A stretch of 64,000 bases of DNA, taken from Verrucomicrobiaceae bacterium (GTDB lineage: Bacteria; Verrucomicrobiota; Verrucomicrobiia; Verrucomicrobiales; Akkermansiaceae). Positions 35,801 to 43,740 of this stretch are shown one piece after another; within the stretch, counting starts at the first letter, position 1, and every line of letters begins with the position of its first letter. The notes beneath the pieces were generated by a model that was not told the DNA's origin, did not search any database, and saw only the letters and a program-made list of their open reading frames with translations. Made by a program: the position numbers and the translations under genes. Location: positions 32,001 to 96,000 of the forward strand of contig JBPOGH010000006.1 of assembly GCA_051252135.1 (NCBI GenBank), written 5' to 3'.

Positions 35801-37787
35801 GGTCGGTCGCTTCCCAGAGGAGTCCGGTGGGGGAGGATTGGTAGGCGGGGACGGGAGGGAGGGCGTGTGAGGCGGACTGGGGATCGGAGAAGGAGGCGGC
35901 TTCGGCGGCGTCATTGGTGCCATCGGAATCGGAGTCAGCGAGGAGGGGGTTGCTGGGGAGGGGGGCGTTGAGCTCGGCGAAGTCGGAGAGGCCGTCGCCA
36001 TCGGAGTCGGCGTAATTCACCTGGGTGCCGGCGTTGACTTCGGCGAGGTCATTGAGGCCGTCGCCATCGGAGTCGGCGAGGTTGGGGTTGGAGCCTGCGT
36101 TGAACTCGGCGAGGTGGTCGAGGCCATCGGAGTCGGAGTCAGCGGTGGCATTTGAAACGGCGGGATTTGATTTGTGGCGGAGCTCCCAGTAGTCGGGGAG
36201 TCCGTCGGAGTCGGTATCGATGGAGGTGTCGACGATTTGGATGGCGGCGATGCCGGAGGTGTTGTTAGCAGCCTGAAAGAGTTCGAGGGCCTGGGTGGAT
36301 CCGGAGAGGCCGGGAAGGCGGACGACATTGGCGAAAGTTGCTCCGGGGCCGGGGGAGGTCATGGGCTCAATGAAGGTGGAAATGGGCGAGACGGCGCGGG
36401 AGCGGAAGGTTTGGTCGGTGTTGGGGTCGGCATTTAAGCGCAGCGTGCTGGTGGTGCCGATGTAGTCGGCGGAGAGGTAGAGGTAGAGGTCGTAGCTGGA
36501 GAAGGGGATGTTGCCGAGGTTGAGGGTGGCGGGGAAGGTGGAGTCGTTGGCGAGGAAACCGTGGAGGAGGTTGGCAGCGGGGGAGCCGTAGTTTGACGAA
36601 GTACGAACGCCATCATAGCTGAAGGTGAGGGTGAGGGCGGTGGAGGATCCCGAGGAGTCGACGATGGTGCCGGCAGTGGGGCTGACGATATCATTTTGAT
36701 CTCCGGTGAGGAGAGGGGTGCCGCTGGAGACGCCCCACCAGCGGAGGGTGTTGGTATGGTTCCAGTTGGTCTGGGGGACGATGCCATTGGGAGAGATGGT
36801 GGGCCATGTTCCGCGGGTGTCTTCCTGACCGGAGCGGAAATTGATGCCGATGGAGCCGGACCATGCGGGCGGGGTGCTGGTGTTGCTTTGGGGGTCGAAG
36901 CCGGTGGCGATCTCCCAGCCGTCGGAGGCGCCATCGGAATCGGAATCGGCGAGGGCGGGGTTAGAGGAGGTTTCGTTTCCATCGAGGATTCCGTCGTCGT
37001 CCGAATCGGGATTGAGCGGGTCGGTGGTGGTTTCGAGTTGGTCGGTGAGGTTGTCTTCGTCGGTGTCTGCGAGGCGGGGGTTGGTGCCGGCGGTGAATTC
37101 CTGGAGGGCGGTGAGGGTGTCGCCATCGAGATCGGCGGAAGCGTCGGCGGCGTTGTTATCGGAGAGTTGGTAGAGGGTTTCCCAGTGGAGCGGGATGCCG
37201 TCGGAGTCGGCGTCCTGAAGGGCGGTGGGGTCGAGATCGACGGAGAAGGTATCGATGGCGATCCAGGTGTTTGCGGTGCCGCCGGTGCGGGTCATGGTGA
37301 GGTAGTTGGCACCGGTGTTGAGGGTGATGGTGCTGGTAGGGACGGAGAAGGAGAAGGTGCGGTAGCTTTCGAAGGAGGGCGTGGTGTAGATGGCGGGGCC
37401 GCCATTGAAGCTGATGGAGACCTCGCTGGCGGGCGTTCCGCCTCCGCTCATTCCGGACCAGATGAAGTCGAGATTCACCGTGATGATGCCGTCATTTCCG
37501 GCCTGGAGGGCGGTGAGGGGAAAGTGGATGTGGTTGGAGGGGTCCCAAGTGGTGAGGGCCCACTCGAAGTTAGCGACTTCTTCATCGTCCGGGCGGGGAG
37601 GGTCGGCAGGGTCGGTTCCGGCGAGGAAGTAGTGGTCGTCGAGCGCGGTGGCGCTGGGAGGATTGGTGTCGTTGATTTCCTGGGAGAACTCGTTGGTGGA
37701 GCCGTCATCGATGCCGATGGTGAAGAGGTTCGCCAGTTGGGCGTTCGCGGAGGCGGAAAGAAGAAGGAGGCAAAGAGAGGCTCTCAT
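32850..37787 (-). CDS. Large secreted protein: thrombospondin-3-like DxDxDG repeats plus C-terminal DUF1800
   Basis: Signal peptide; many D-[ST]-D-x-DG-[LI]-x-D...E repeats; ASRLLLQATFGPT, DQLRQRVAFALSQI, PDENYAREVMQLFSIGL and PTVFNFY. Confidence 0.9.
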   Translation of the reverse strand: MRASLCLLLLSASANAQLANLFTIGIDDGSTNEFSQEINDTNPPSATALDDHYFLAGTDPADPPRPDDEEVANFEWALTTWDPSNHIHFPLTALQAGNDGIITVNLDFIWSGMSGGGTPASEVSISFNGGPAIYTTPSFESYRTFSFSVPTSTITLNTGANYLTMTRTGGTANTWIAIDTFSVDLDPTALQDADSDGIPLHWETLYQLSDNNAADASADLDGDTLTALQEFTAGTNPRLADTDEDNLTDQLETTTDPLNPDSDDDGILDGNETSSNPALADSDSDGASDGWEIATGFDPQSNTSTPPAWSGSIGINFRSGQEDTRGTWPTISPNGIVPQTNWNHTNTLRWWGVSSGTPLLTGDQNDIVSPTAGTIVDSSGSSTALTLTFSYDGVRTSSNYGSPAANLLHGFLANDSTFPATLNLGNIPFSSYDLYLYLSADYIGTTSTLRLNADPNTDQTFRSRAVSPISTFIEPMTSPGPGATFANVVRLPGLSGSTQALELFQAANNTSGIAAIQIVDTSIDTDSDGLPDYWELRHKSNPAVSNATADSDSDGLDHLAEFNAGSNPNLADSDGDGLNDLAEVNAGTQVNYADSDGDGLSDFAELNAPLPSNPLLADSDSDGTNDAAEAASFSDPQSASHALPPVPAYQSSPTGLLWEATDLQFVFDRNVPIELSGGHARTAIEWHVLNRVQSNNWRTFRFRLREVNGGLGYSFNSWANGGFSNSGGWDNNITNNADITASLGLSGFGPCDTTDPLTFRMQATENAGTWTLVFSIINQTTATTVASHTFPDVIPSSTILDQSALWSSDGINDQSDFNLDYGISLFRTATPVHQLPGMAHCADADNDGMSDAWEIAHSLNPNDPADAALDPDSDNLTNLRESLLGTLPNNQDSDNDGVNDDVEADQFTDPLLATSKPHFFTSPPAATTDLNGNGFSDVWESHFQTGSLNPALDSDGDGQSNLREAIAGTDPLDATSNFRLSSAPSSTSGFLDLQWPNMAHKTQALESATGLTSFTTHPEAPGLIGDTYSLTTEATGDSQFFRASITDRDTDLDGLSDWDESILGSSATSASSLARAVPIDTNNDGAPDTTVSGDLAAFHSLYQNQTNFSAGTPPPSTTPHDASRLLLQATFGPTIADIEKVRSMGINAWITDQIENQPATHHRDYIEEIMADFDGPRTKLEHYSYNELSDFVNGHNVQSSFARAAISGPDQLRQRVAFALSQILVISRRDAGLNNRPLAVSKYYDRLIDQAFGNYYDLLLAVSLDPCMGLYLSHVGNQPPDLALNRFPDENYAREVMQLFSIGLWELNNDGTQKLDGQGQPIPTYTNTQITEMARVFTGLWYGKNPWGSGGWQDADFLVPMEMFTDQHDFNEKTLLNGFVIPARAPSQANGLQDIRDTIRHLVEHPTCAPFISKSLIQFLITSNPSPQFIERISNVFIDNGSGVRGDLKAVVTAILTDPEARDPGIAAGANFGILREPVIRTMHLARLGKFNRSGNALWWDYDTFLEETFQAPYSAPTVFNFYRPDYTPPGALDDANLDGPVFEITNSYTAVSVPNTLWDIVVDGFEMGGRYHFTPDYSDLLPYAQDHEALIDKLNLLICGGSMSATTRSQIKTSLDTIDPDDHSGRVRLAIYLAIMSPEGAIQR

Positions 37788-37883
37788 ATGATCAGGGGTC
37801 CTATTGCTAAGACGGTTAAGAATGGGTTAGGTTACAAACAGCGCAGGGGTGGACAAGTATCAAACTTATCTTAAGCTCCTCAG

Positions 37884-40043
37884 GTGGACTTCCGATTAGC
37901 GAGCGAATACACGCCAAAAGGCGACCAGGAGCAGGCGATTGCGAAGCTGGTGAAGTCGGTTAAGGCGGGGAACCGGCATCAGACGCTGCTGGGGGTGACG
38001 GGATCGGGGAAGACGTTTACGATGGCGAATGTGATTCAGGAGATTCAGCGGCCGACGTTGATCATGAGTCACAACAAGACCTTGGCGGCGCAGCTGTACT
38101 CGGAGTTTAAGGCGTTCTTTCCGGACAATGCGGTGGAGTATTTTGTGTCGTACTTCGACTACTACCAACCGGAGGCCTACATTCCGCGGTCGGACACCTA
38201 CATTGAGAAGGATTCGTCGATTAACGAAGAGATCGAGCGACTTCGTCTTTCAACGATGGGGTCGTTGATTACGCGGCCGGATACGATTGTGGTGGCCTCG
38301 GTGAGTTGCATCTATGGATTGGGAAATCCGGAGGACTACAAGGACATGATGTATGGGGTGCGGAAGGGGATGGAGATTGGACGGGATGAGTTTTTACATG
38401 AGCTGGTGAGCTTGCTGTTTGAGCGGAACGATATTGCGTTTCAGCGGGGGAATTTTCGGGTGCGGGGGGATGTGGTGGAGGTGCGACCGGCATATCTGGA
38501 GGACACCGCGATTCGGGTGGAATTTTTTGGGGACGAGATTGACCGGATTTCGGCGATTGATGTGATGAGCGGGCACGCGATCGATGAGGTGACGAACTAC
38601 GTCTTTTATCCGGCGAAGCAGTTTGTGAGTTCCAAGGAGAAGCTCAAGAATGCGATGGTGGCGATTCGTCAGGAACTGGATGACCGGATTACGTGGTTTG
38701 AGAAAGAGGGGAAATTGATCGAGGCTCAGCGACTGCGGATGCGGACCGAGTATGATCTGGAGATGATGCAGGAGATGGGTTTTTGTCAGGGGATTGAGAA
38801 CTACTCGCGGCATATCACGGGGAGGAAGCCGGGGGATCGGCCGTATACGCTGCTGGACTTTTTTCCGAATGACTATCTGCTGATGGTGGATGAGAGCCAT
38901 GCCTCGCTGCCACAGGTGCGGGGGATGTTTGAGGGGGACAAGAGCCGGAAGTCGGTGCTGGTGGATCACGGGTTTCGTTTGCCGAGTGCGATGGACAACC
39001 GTCCGTTGCGCTTTGACGAATACATGAAGATGACGAACCAGCGGTTGTATGTGAGTGCGACGCCGGGGCCGTTTGAGATTATCAATTCGAGGCCGGACAA
39101 CCCGACGTTTATTCCGATCAAGGCGCGGAATGATGAGGACTTTGATCCGACTTTTGCGAAGCGGCTTAAGCCAAAGCCGAGTGGATCGGCGGAAGATCCG
39201 GAGGACTTTGATGTGACGCTTGGGGGGCGGCAGTTGATTGTGGAGCAGATCATTCGGCCGACGGGCTTGCTGGATCCGGTGCTCACCTTGAGGCCGCTGA
39301 AATCGCAGATTGATGAGACGATCGAACTGTGTCGTCAGCGGGTTGAGAAAGAGGAGAGGGTGTTGGTGACGACCTTGACGAAGAAGACGGCGGAGGACCT
39401 GGCGGAATACCTGCAGGGGGTGGATTTAAAATGCCGCTACATTCATGCGGATGTGGACGCGATTGAGCGGGTCGAGATTCTGCGGGCGCTGCGGGCGGCG
39501 GAGTTTGATATTTTGATTGGGATCAACTTGCTGCGGGAGGGGCTGGATTTGCCGGAGGTGTCACTGGTTTGTATTCTGGATGCGGATAAGGAAGGATTTT
39601 TGCGGAACGAGACGAGTCTCATTCAGACGGCGGGACGAGCGGCAAGGCATGTGAATGGCGAGTGCGTGCTGTTTTGCGATACGGTGACGGATTCTATTCA
39701 GACCTTACTCAATGTGACGGAGCATCGCCGGATGGTGCAGCAGGAATACAATGAGAAGCACGGGATCACGCCACAGAGTGTGGTGCGGGCGGTGCAGAAG
39801 AGTCTCCATGAGCGCGGGAAGGGGACTTCGGAAGGGGACAAGCTGAACCAATCGATGGTGGCGGAAGACGAGATGATTTACAACGCGGTGGAAGTGATTC
39901 GGGAGATGGAGGAGGATATGCAGAAGGCGTCGGCGCGGCTTGAGTTTGAGAAGGCGGCGCACTTAAGGGATCAGATCAAGGAGTTGAGGAAGCGGGCGGG
40001 GATTGAGCAGCCGGAGCGGAAGCGAAGGGATGTGAAGTATTGA
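37884..40043 (+). CDS. uvrB: Excinuclease ABC subunit B
   Basis: LLGVTGSGKT, YFVSYFDYYQPEAY, DESH, VSATPG, GINLLREGLD and C-terminal UVR motif. Confidence 0.98.
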   Translation: MDFRLASEYTPKGDQEQAIAKLVKSVKAGNRHQTLLGVTGSGKTFTMANVIQEIQRPTLIMSHNKTLAAQLYSEFKAFFPDNAVEYFVSYFDYYQPEAYIPRSDTYIEKDSSINEEIERLRLSTMGSLITRPDTIVVASVSCIYGLGNPEDYKDMMYGVRKGMEIGRDEFLHELVSLLFERNDIAFQRGNFRVRGDVVEVRPAYLEDTAIRVEFFGDEIDRISAIDVMSGHAIDEVTNYVFYPAKQFVSSKEKLKNAMVAIRQELDDRITWFEKEGKLIEAQRLRMRTEYDLEMMQEMGFCQGIENYSRHITGRKPGDRPYTLLDFFPNDYLLMVDESHASLPQVRGMFEGDKSRKSVLVDHGFRLPSAMDNRPLRFDEYMKMTNQRLYVSATPGPFEIINSRPDNPTFIPIKARNDEDFDPTFAKRLKPKPSGSAEDPEDFDVTLGGRQLIVEQIIRPTGLLDPVLTLRPLKSQIDETIELCRQRVEKEERVLVTTLTKKTAEDLAEYLQGVDLKCRYIHADVDAIERVEILRALRAAEFDILIGINLLREGLDLPEVSLVCILDADKEGFLRNETSLIQTAGRAARHVNGECVLFCDTVTDSIQTLLNVTEHRRMVQQEYNEKHGITPQSVVRAVQKSLHERGKGTSEGDKLNQSMVAEDEMIYNAVEVIREMEEDMQKASARLEFEKAAHLRDQIKELRKRAGIEQPERKRRDVKY

Positions 40044-40310
40044 TTTTGGATTGGGTTGTGGAGGGGGGGACCACGAAATTTTCGAAAGACACGAAACTTT
40101 GTTGAGGGGCTTGGTTGGGGGGATAATCCGCAGATTTCGCAGATGGGCGCAGATTTTTGTTGGTTGAGGGGCGTTGGTTCCGGATGTTCGGCTGAAGCCT
40201 GCACTACAAACTGGGGCTTGGTTGAGGGGGCGTAAGGCTGGAAGCCCACGCTCCATATTCTTGGTTGAGGGGAAGCGGGCAGGAATACCCACTCTCCATA
40301 TTGGGGGGAC
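40044..40310 (+). repeat. Mosaic repeat array D
   Basis: Five different cassettes separated by TTGGTTGAGGGG-type linkers. Confidence 0.85.
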
Positions 40311-40365
40311 GATTCAATAGATCGGGCATTGCTCTTGGGTTGGCTTTGGCGGTAGGGTCTTTTTT

Positions 40366-41280
40366 GTGAAAGCAGGAGTTCTTGGGTTTCCCGATCGGCG
40401 TGATAGTCCGACGATTGATCAGGTGGGTGTGGAGGAGCGTGCGAAGCGGTTTTGTGCGCGGAGCATTAAGAAGGAGACGAAGATGTCGGGGCTGAAGCTT
40501 GCGGTGACGATGCTCGATGTGACGACCTTGGAGGGAGCCGATTCCGTGGGGAAGGTGCAGCAGATGTGTCAGAAGGCGATGCAGCCACTTCCGGGTGATC
40601 CTTCGGTGGGGCCTGCGGCGGCGGTTTGTGTTTATCCGAGGATGGTGAAGACGGCGGCGAAAGCGGTCGAAGGATCGGGAGTGCAGGTGGCGGCGGTGGC
40701 GACGCAATTTCCTTCGGGGCAGATGCGACTTAAGGAGCGGGTGGCGGAGGTGCGTTATGCGGTGAGCCAGGGGGCGGATGAGATCGATATGGTGATTTCG
40801 CGCGGGCTGTTTATGCAGGGCGAGTATCGGGCGGTTTTTGATGAGATTGCGTCGTGCAAGGAAGCGTGCGGGGAGGCGCACTTGAAAGTGATTTTGGAAA
40901 CGGGCGAGCTGACGACTTACGACAGTGTGCGTTGGGCGAGCGACATCGCGATTGCGGCGGGGGCGGACTTTATTAAAACGTCGACGGGTAAGGTGCCGAT
41001 TGCGGCGACGCTGCCCGTGACGCTGGTGATGCTGCAGGCGATTGAAGATCATTATGACCGCACCGGCAAGATGGTGGGGATGAAGCCGGCAGGCGGGATC
41101 AGCAATGCGAAGTTGGCGCTTCAGTATTTGGTGATGGTGCGCGAGGTGCTGGGGGAGAAATGGCTCAACAATAAGTGGTTTCGCTTTGGGGCGAGCTCGC
41201 TGACGAATGATCTGCTGATGCAGATTCGCAAACAAGAGACCGGTCGTTACCAGAGCGGAGATTATTTTACGAAGGACTGA
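40366..41280 (+). CDS. deoC: Deoxyribose-phosphate aldolase
   Basis: LDVTTL, AAVCVYP, GADEIDMV, LKVILETGEL, FIKTSTGK and KPAGGI. Confidence 0.95.
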   Translation: MKAGVLGFPDRRDSPTIDQVGVEERAKRFCARSIKKETKMSGLKLAVTMLDVTTLEGADSVGKVQQMCQKAMQPLPGDPSVGPAAAVCVYPRMVKTAAKAVEGSGVQVAAVATQFPSGQMRLKERVAEVRYAVSQGADEIDMVISRGLFMQGEYRAVFDEIASCKEACGEAHLKVILETGELTTYDSVRWASDIAIAAGADFIKTSTGKVPIAATLPVTLVMLQAIEDHYDRTGKMVGMKPAGGISNAKLALQYLVMVREVLGEKWLNNKWFRFGASSLTNDLLMQIRKQETGRYQSGDYFTKD

Positions 41281-41284
41281 TACC

Positions 41285-42745
41285 ATGGCTAAGACAGAAC
41301 CAGGACCACACAATTTCGTGTTCGGCGATTACGCTCCGGCTCCGGAGTCGGCTGATCATTTTAAGATCAAGAAGAGCTACGATCTTTTCATCGGCGGCAA
41401 GTGGGTGAAAGCGCCCAAGCAATTTGAAACGACGAATCCGGCGACGGGCGAGGTGATTGCCAAGGTCGGGGAAGCGGGGAAAAAGGAAGTGGGGCAGGCG
41501 GTGCGCGCGGCGCGTAAAGCTTTCGAAGGTGAGTGGGGGCAGTTGTCGGGTGCGGAGAGAGGCAAATATCTTTTTCGCATTGCGCGGTTGATTCAGGAAC
41601 GGTCGCGTGAGCTGGCGGTGGTGGAATCGATGGACGGCGGGAAGCCGATTCGGGAGAGTCGTGATGTTGATATCCCGCTGGTGGCGGCTCACTTTTTCTA
41701 TCATGCGGGTTGGGCGGACAAGCTCGACTACGCCTTTCCGGGTGCGAAGCCGAAGCCACTGGGAGTGGTGGGGCAGGTGATTCCCTGGAACTTTCCGCTG
41801 CTGATGGCGGCGTGGAAGATTGCACCGGCGCTTGCTTGTGGGAACACGGTGGTGCTGAAGCCGGCGGAGACGACTCCGTTGACGGCGCTGAAGCTGGCCG
41901 AGATTTTTGAAGATGCGGGGCTTCCGGCAGGGACGGTGAACATCGTGACAGGCGCGGGTGAAACCGGGCAGGCCGTGATTGAGCATCCGGACGTCGACAA
42001 AGTGGCCTTCACGGGGTCGACGGCGGTGGGCAAGGCGATTCGTCGTGCGATTGCGGGGACGGATAAGAAGTACACGCTCGAGCTGGGCGGGAAGGCCGCG
42101 AACATCGTTTTCGAGGACGCGCCGATCAATGAAGCGGTTGAAGGGATCGTGAACGGGATCTTTTTCAATCAAGGGCACGTTTGCTGTGCGGGGTCCCGTC
42201 TGTTTGTGCAGGAGAGTATCGCGGACAAGGTGATCAAGAAGCTGAAGAAGCGGATGGAGACGCTCATCGTGGGTGATCCACTTGATAAGAATACCGACAT
42301 CGGAGCGATCAATTCGGTGGAGCAACTTGAGAGAATCAAAGCGCTCGTGAATGCGGGTGAAAAAGAAGGGGCGTGCATTTGGCAGCCGGAGGGTCGATTG
42401 CCCCGGAAGGGGAATTGGTTTAAGCCGACGCTCTTTACGGAGTGCGCGCAGAGTCATCGGATCGTGCAGGAGGAAATCTTTGGGCCGGTGTTGGCGATTC
42501 AGACTTTCAGGACTCCGCAGGAGGCACTCGAGAAAGCGAACAACACGCCTTACGGATTGAGCGGTGGGGTGTGGACCGACAAGGGTTCCAAGATTTTCAA
42601 AATGACCACGGGGCTGAATGCCGGTGTGGTGTGGGCCAATACGTTTAACAAGTTCGATCCGACGTCGCCCTTTGGCGGTTACAAGGAGAGTGGGATCGGC
42701 CGCGAAGGCGGAGTCCACGGACTGGCAGCTTATCTTAAATTCTAA
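41285..42745 (+). CDS. Aldehyde dehydrogenase (catalytic subunit)
   Basis: PWNFP, LKPAE, FTGST, LELGGK, GHVCCAGSR, EEIFGP and PFGGYKESG. Confidence 0.95.
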   Translation: MAKTEPGPHNFVFGDYAPAPESADHFKIKKSYDLFIGGKWVKAPKQFETTNPATGEVIAKVGEAGKKEVGQAVRAARKAFEGEWGQLSGAERGKYLFRIARLIQERSRELAVVESMDGGKPIRESRDVDIPLVAAHFFYHAGWADKLDYAFPGAKPKPLGVVGQVIPWNFPLLMAAWKIAPALACGNTVVLKPAETTPLTALKLAEIFEDAGLPAGTVNIVTGAGETGQAVIEHPDVDKVAFTGSTAVGKAIRRAIAGTDKKYTLELGGKAANIVFEDAPINEAVEGIVNGIFFNQGHVCCAGSRLFVQESIADKVIKKLKKRMETLIVGDPLDKNTDIGAINSVEQLERIKALVNAGEKEGACIWQPEGRLPRKGNWFKPTLFTECAQSHRIVQEEIFGPVLAIQTFRTPQEALEKANNTPYGLSGGVWTDKGSKIFKMTTGLNAGVVWANTFNKFDPTSPFGGYKESGIGREGGVHGLAAYLKF

Positions 42746-42756
42746 ATTCTTCCGAC

Positions 42757-43593
42757 ATGACGATCAAAAAAACCTACAAGCTTTTCATTGGCGGCAAGTT
42801 TCCACGGACGGAGTCGGGACGTGTTCTCGACGTGCGCGGGAAGGATGGCGAATTGTTGGCGAATGCCTCTTGGGCGAGCCGGAAGGATTTTCGGGAAGCG
42901 GTGGTGGCGGCTCGCAAGGCGAGTGGCGGCTGGGCGGCGGCCTCGGCTTATCTGAAGGGGCAGATTCTTTACCGGATTGCGGAGATGCTGGAAGGGCGTC
43001 GGGCGCAGTTTGTGGCGGAGCTGGTGTCGCAGGGGCTGAGTGAGGAGAAAGGGGAGAAGGATGTTTCGACGGCGATTGATCTGCTGGTTCATTATGCGGG
43101 GTGGAGTGACAAGTATCAGGCCTTGTTTTCGACGGTGAATCCGGTGGCGTCATCGCATTTCAACTTTTCCGCTCCGGCACCGACCGGGGTGGTGGGGATT
43201 GTGGCGCCGCGACGCGGGAGTTTGCCCGAGCTGGTATCGGCTCTGGCGCCGGTGATTGTGGGAGGAAATACCGCGGTTATTTTAGCGGGGGAGAATGCGC
43301 TGACGGCGATTTCGTTTGCGGAAGTGCTGGCGACATCCGATGTGCCGGCGGGGGTGGTCAATATTTTGACCGGTCATCGGAGTGAGTTGATTCCGGAATT
43401 TGCGAAGCACATGGATGTGAATGCGGTGCTGCTTTGTTCGAACGACAAGGACGAGAAGAAGTTGGTCGATTTGGAGTCGGCGGAGAATCTCAAGCGGGTG
43501 AGTCATCAGAAGGATGCGCCGTTGAAGGAGAGTCCGTATCACATTTTGGATTTCCAGGAGATTAAGACGACGTGGCATCCGATTGGGGTTTAA
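42757..43593 (+). CDS. Short aldehyde-dehydrogenase-like protein (no catalytic domain)
   Basis: KTYKLFIGGKFPRTESGR and GVVNILTG; lacks ELGGK and the catalytic Cys region. Confidence 0.85.
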   Translation: MTIKKTYKLFIGGKFPRTESGRVLDVRGKDGELLANASWASRKDFREAVVAARKASGGWAAASAYLKGQILYRIAEMLEGRRAQFVAELVSQGLSEEKGEKDVSTAIDLLVHYAGWSDKYQALFSTVNPVASSHFNFSAPAPTGVVGIVAPRRGSLPELVSALAPVIVGGNTAVILAGENALTAISFAEVLATSDVPAGVVNILTGHRSELIPEFAKHMDVNAVLLCSNDKDEKKLVDLESAENLKRVSHQKDAPLKESPYHILDFQEIKTTWHPIGV

Positions 43594-43740
43594 GGGGTTT
43601 TGCCGGTGTTCGTGAGATGGAGCAATTAGCTGTTGGCGATTGGCTTTTAGCTTTTGTCGAGCCTTCGGCTCTGAGTGGGCTTTTTTTAAGGGGTATTTTT
43701 TGCTTTTCCGGATTCGGTTGTCAGACAGCATGGGCGGGTC

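Noticed and set aside
39090..39236. Intein in UvrB
   Set aside because: Too short and lacks the C/S start and HN-C/S/T end.
40044..40310. Canonical CRISPR array
   Set aside because: The repeat is only about 13 nt and degenerate, the spacers recur at other loci and are themselves repeats, and no cas genes are in the window.
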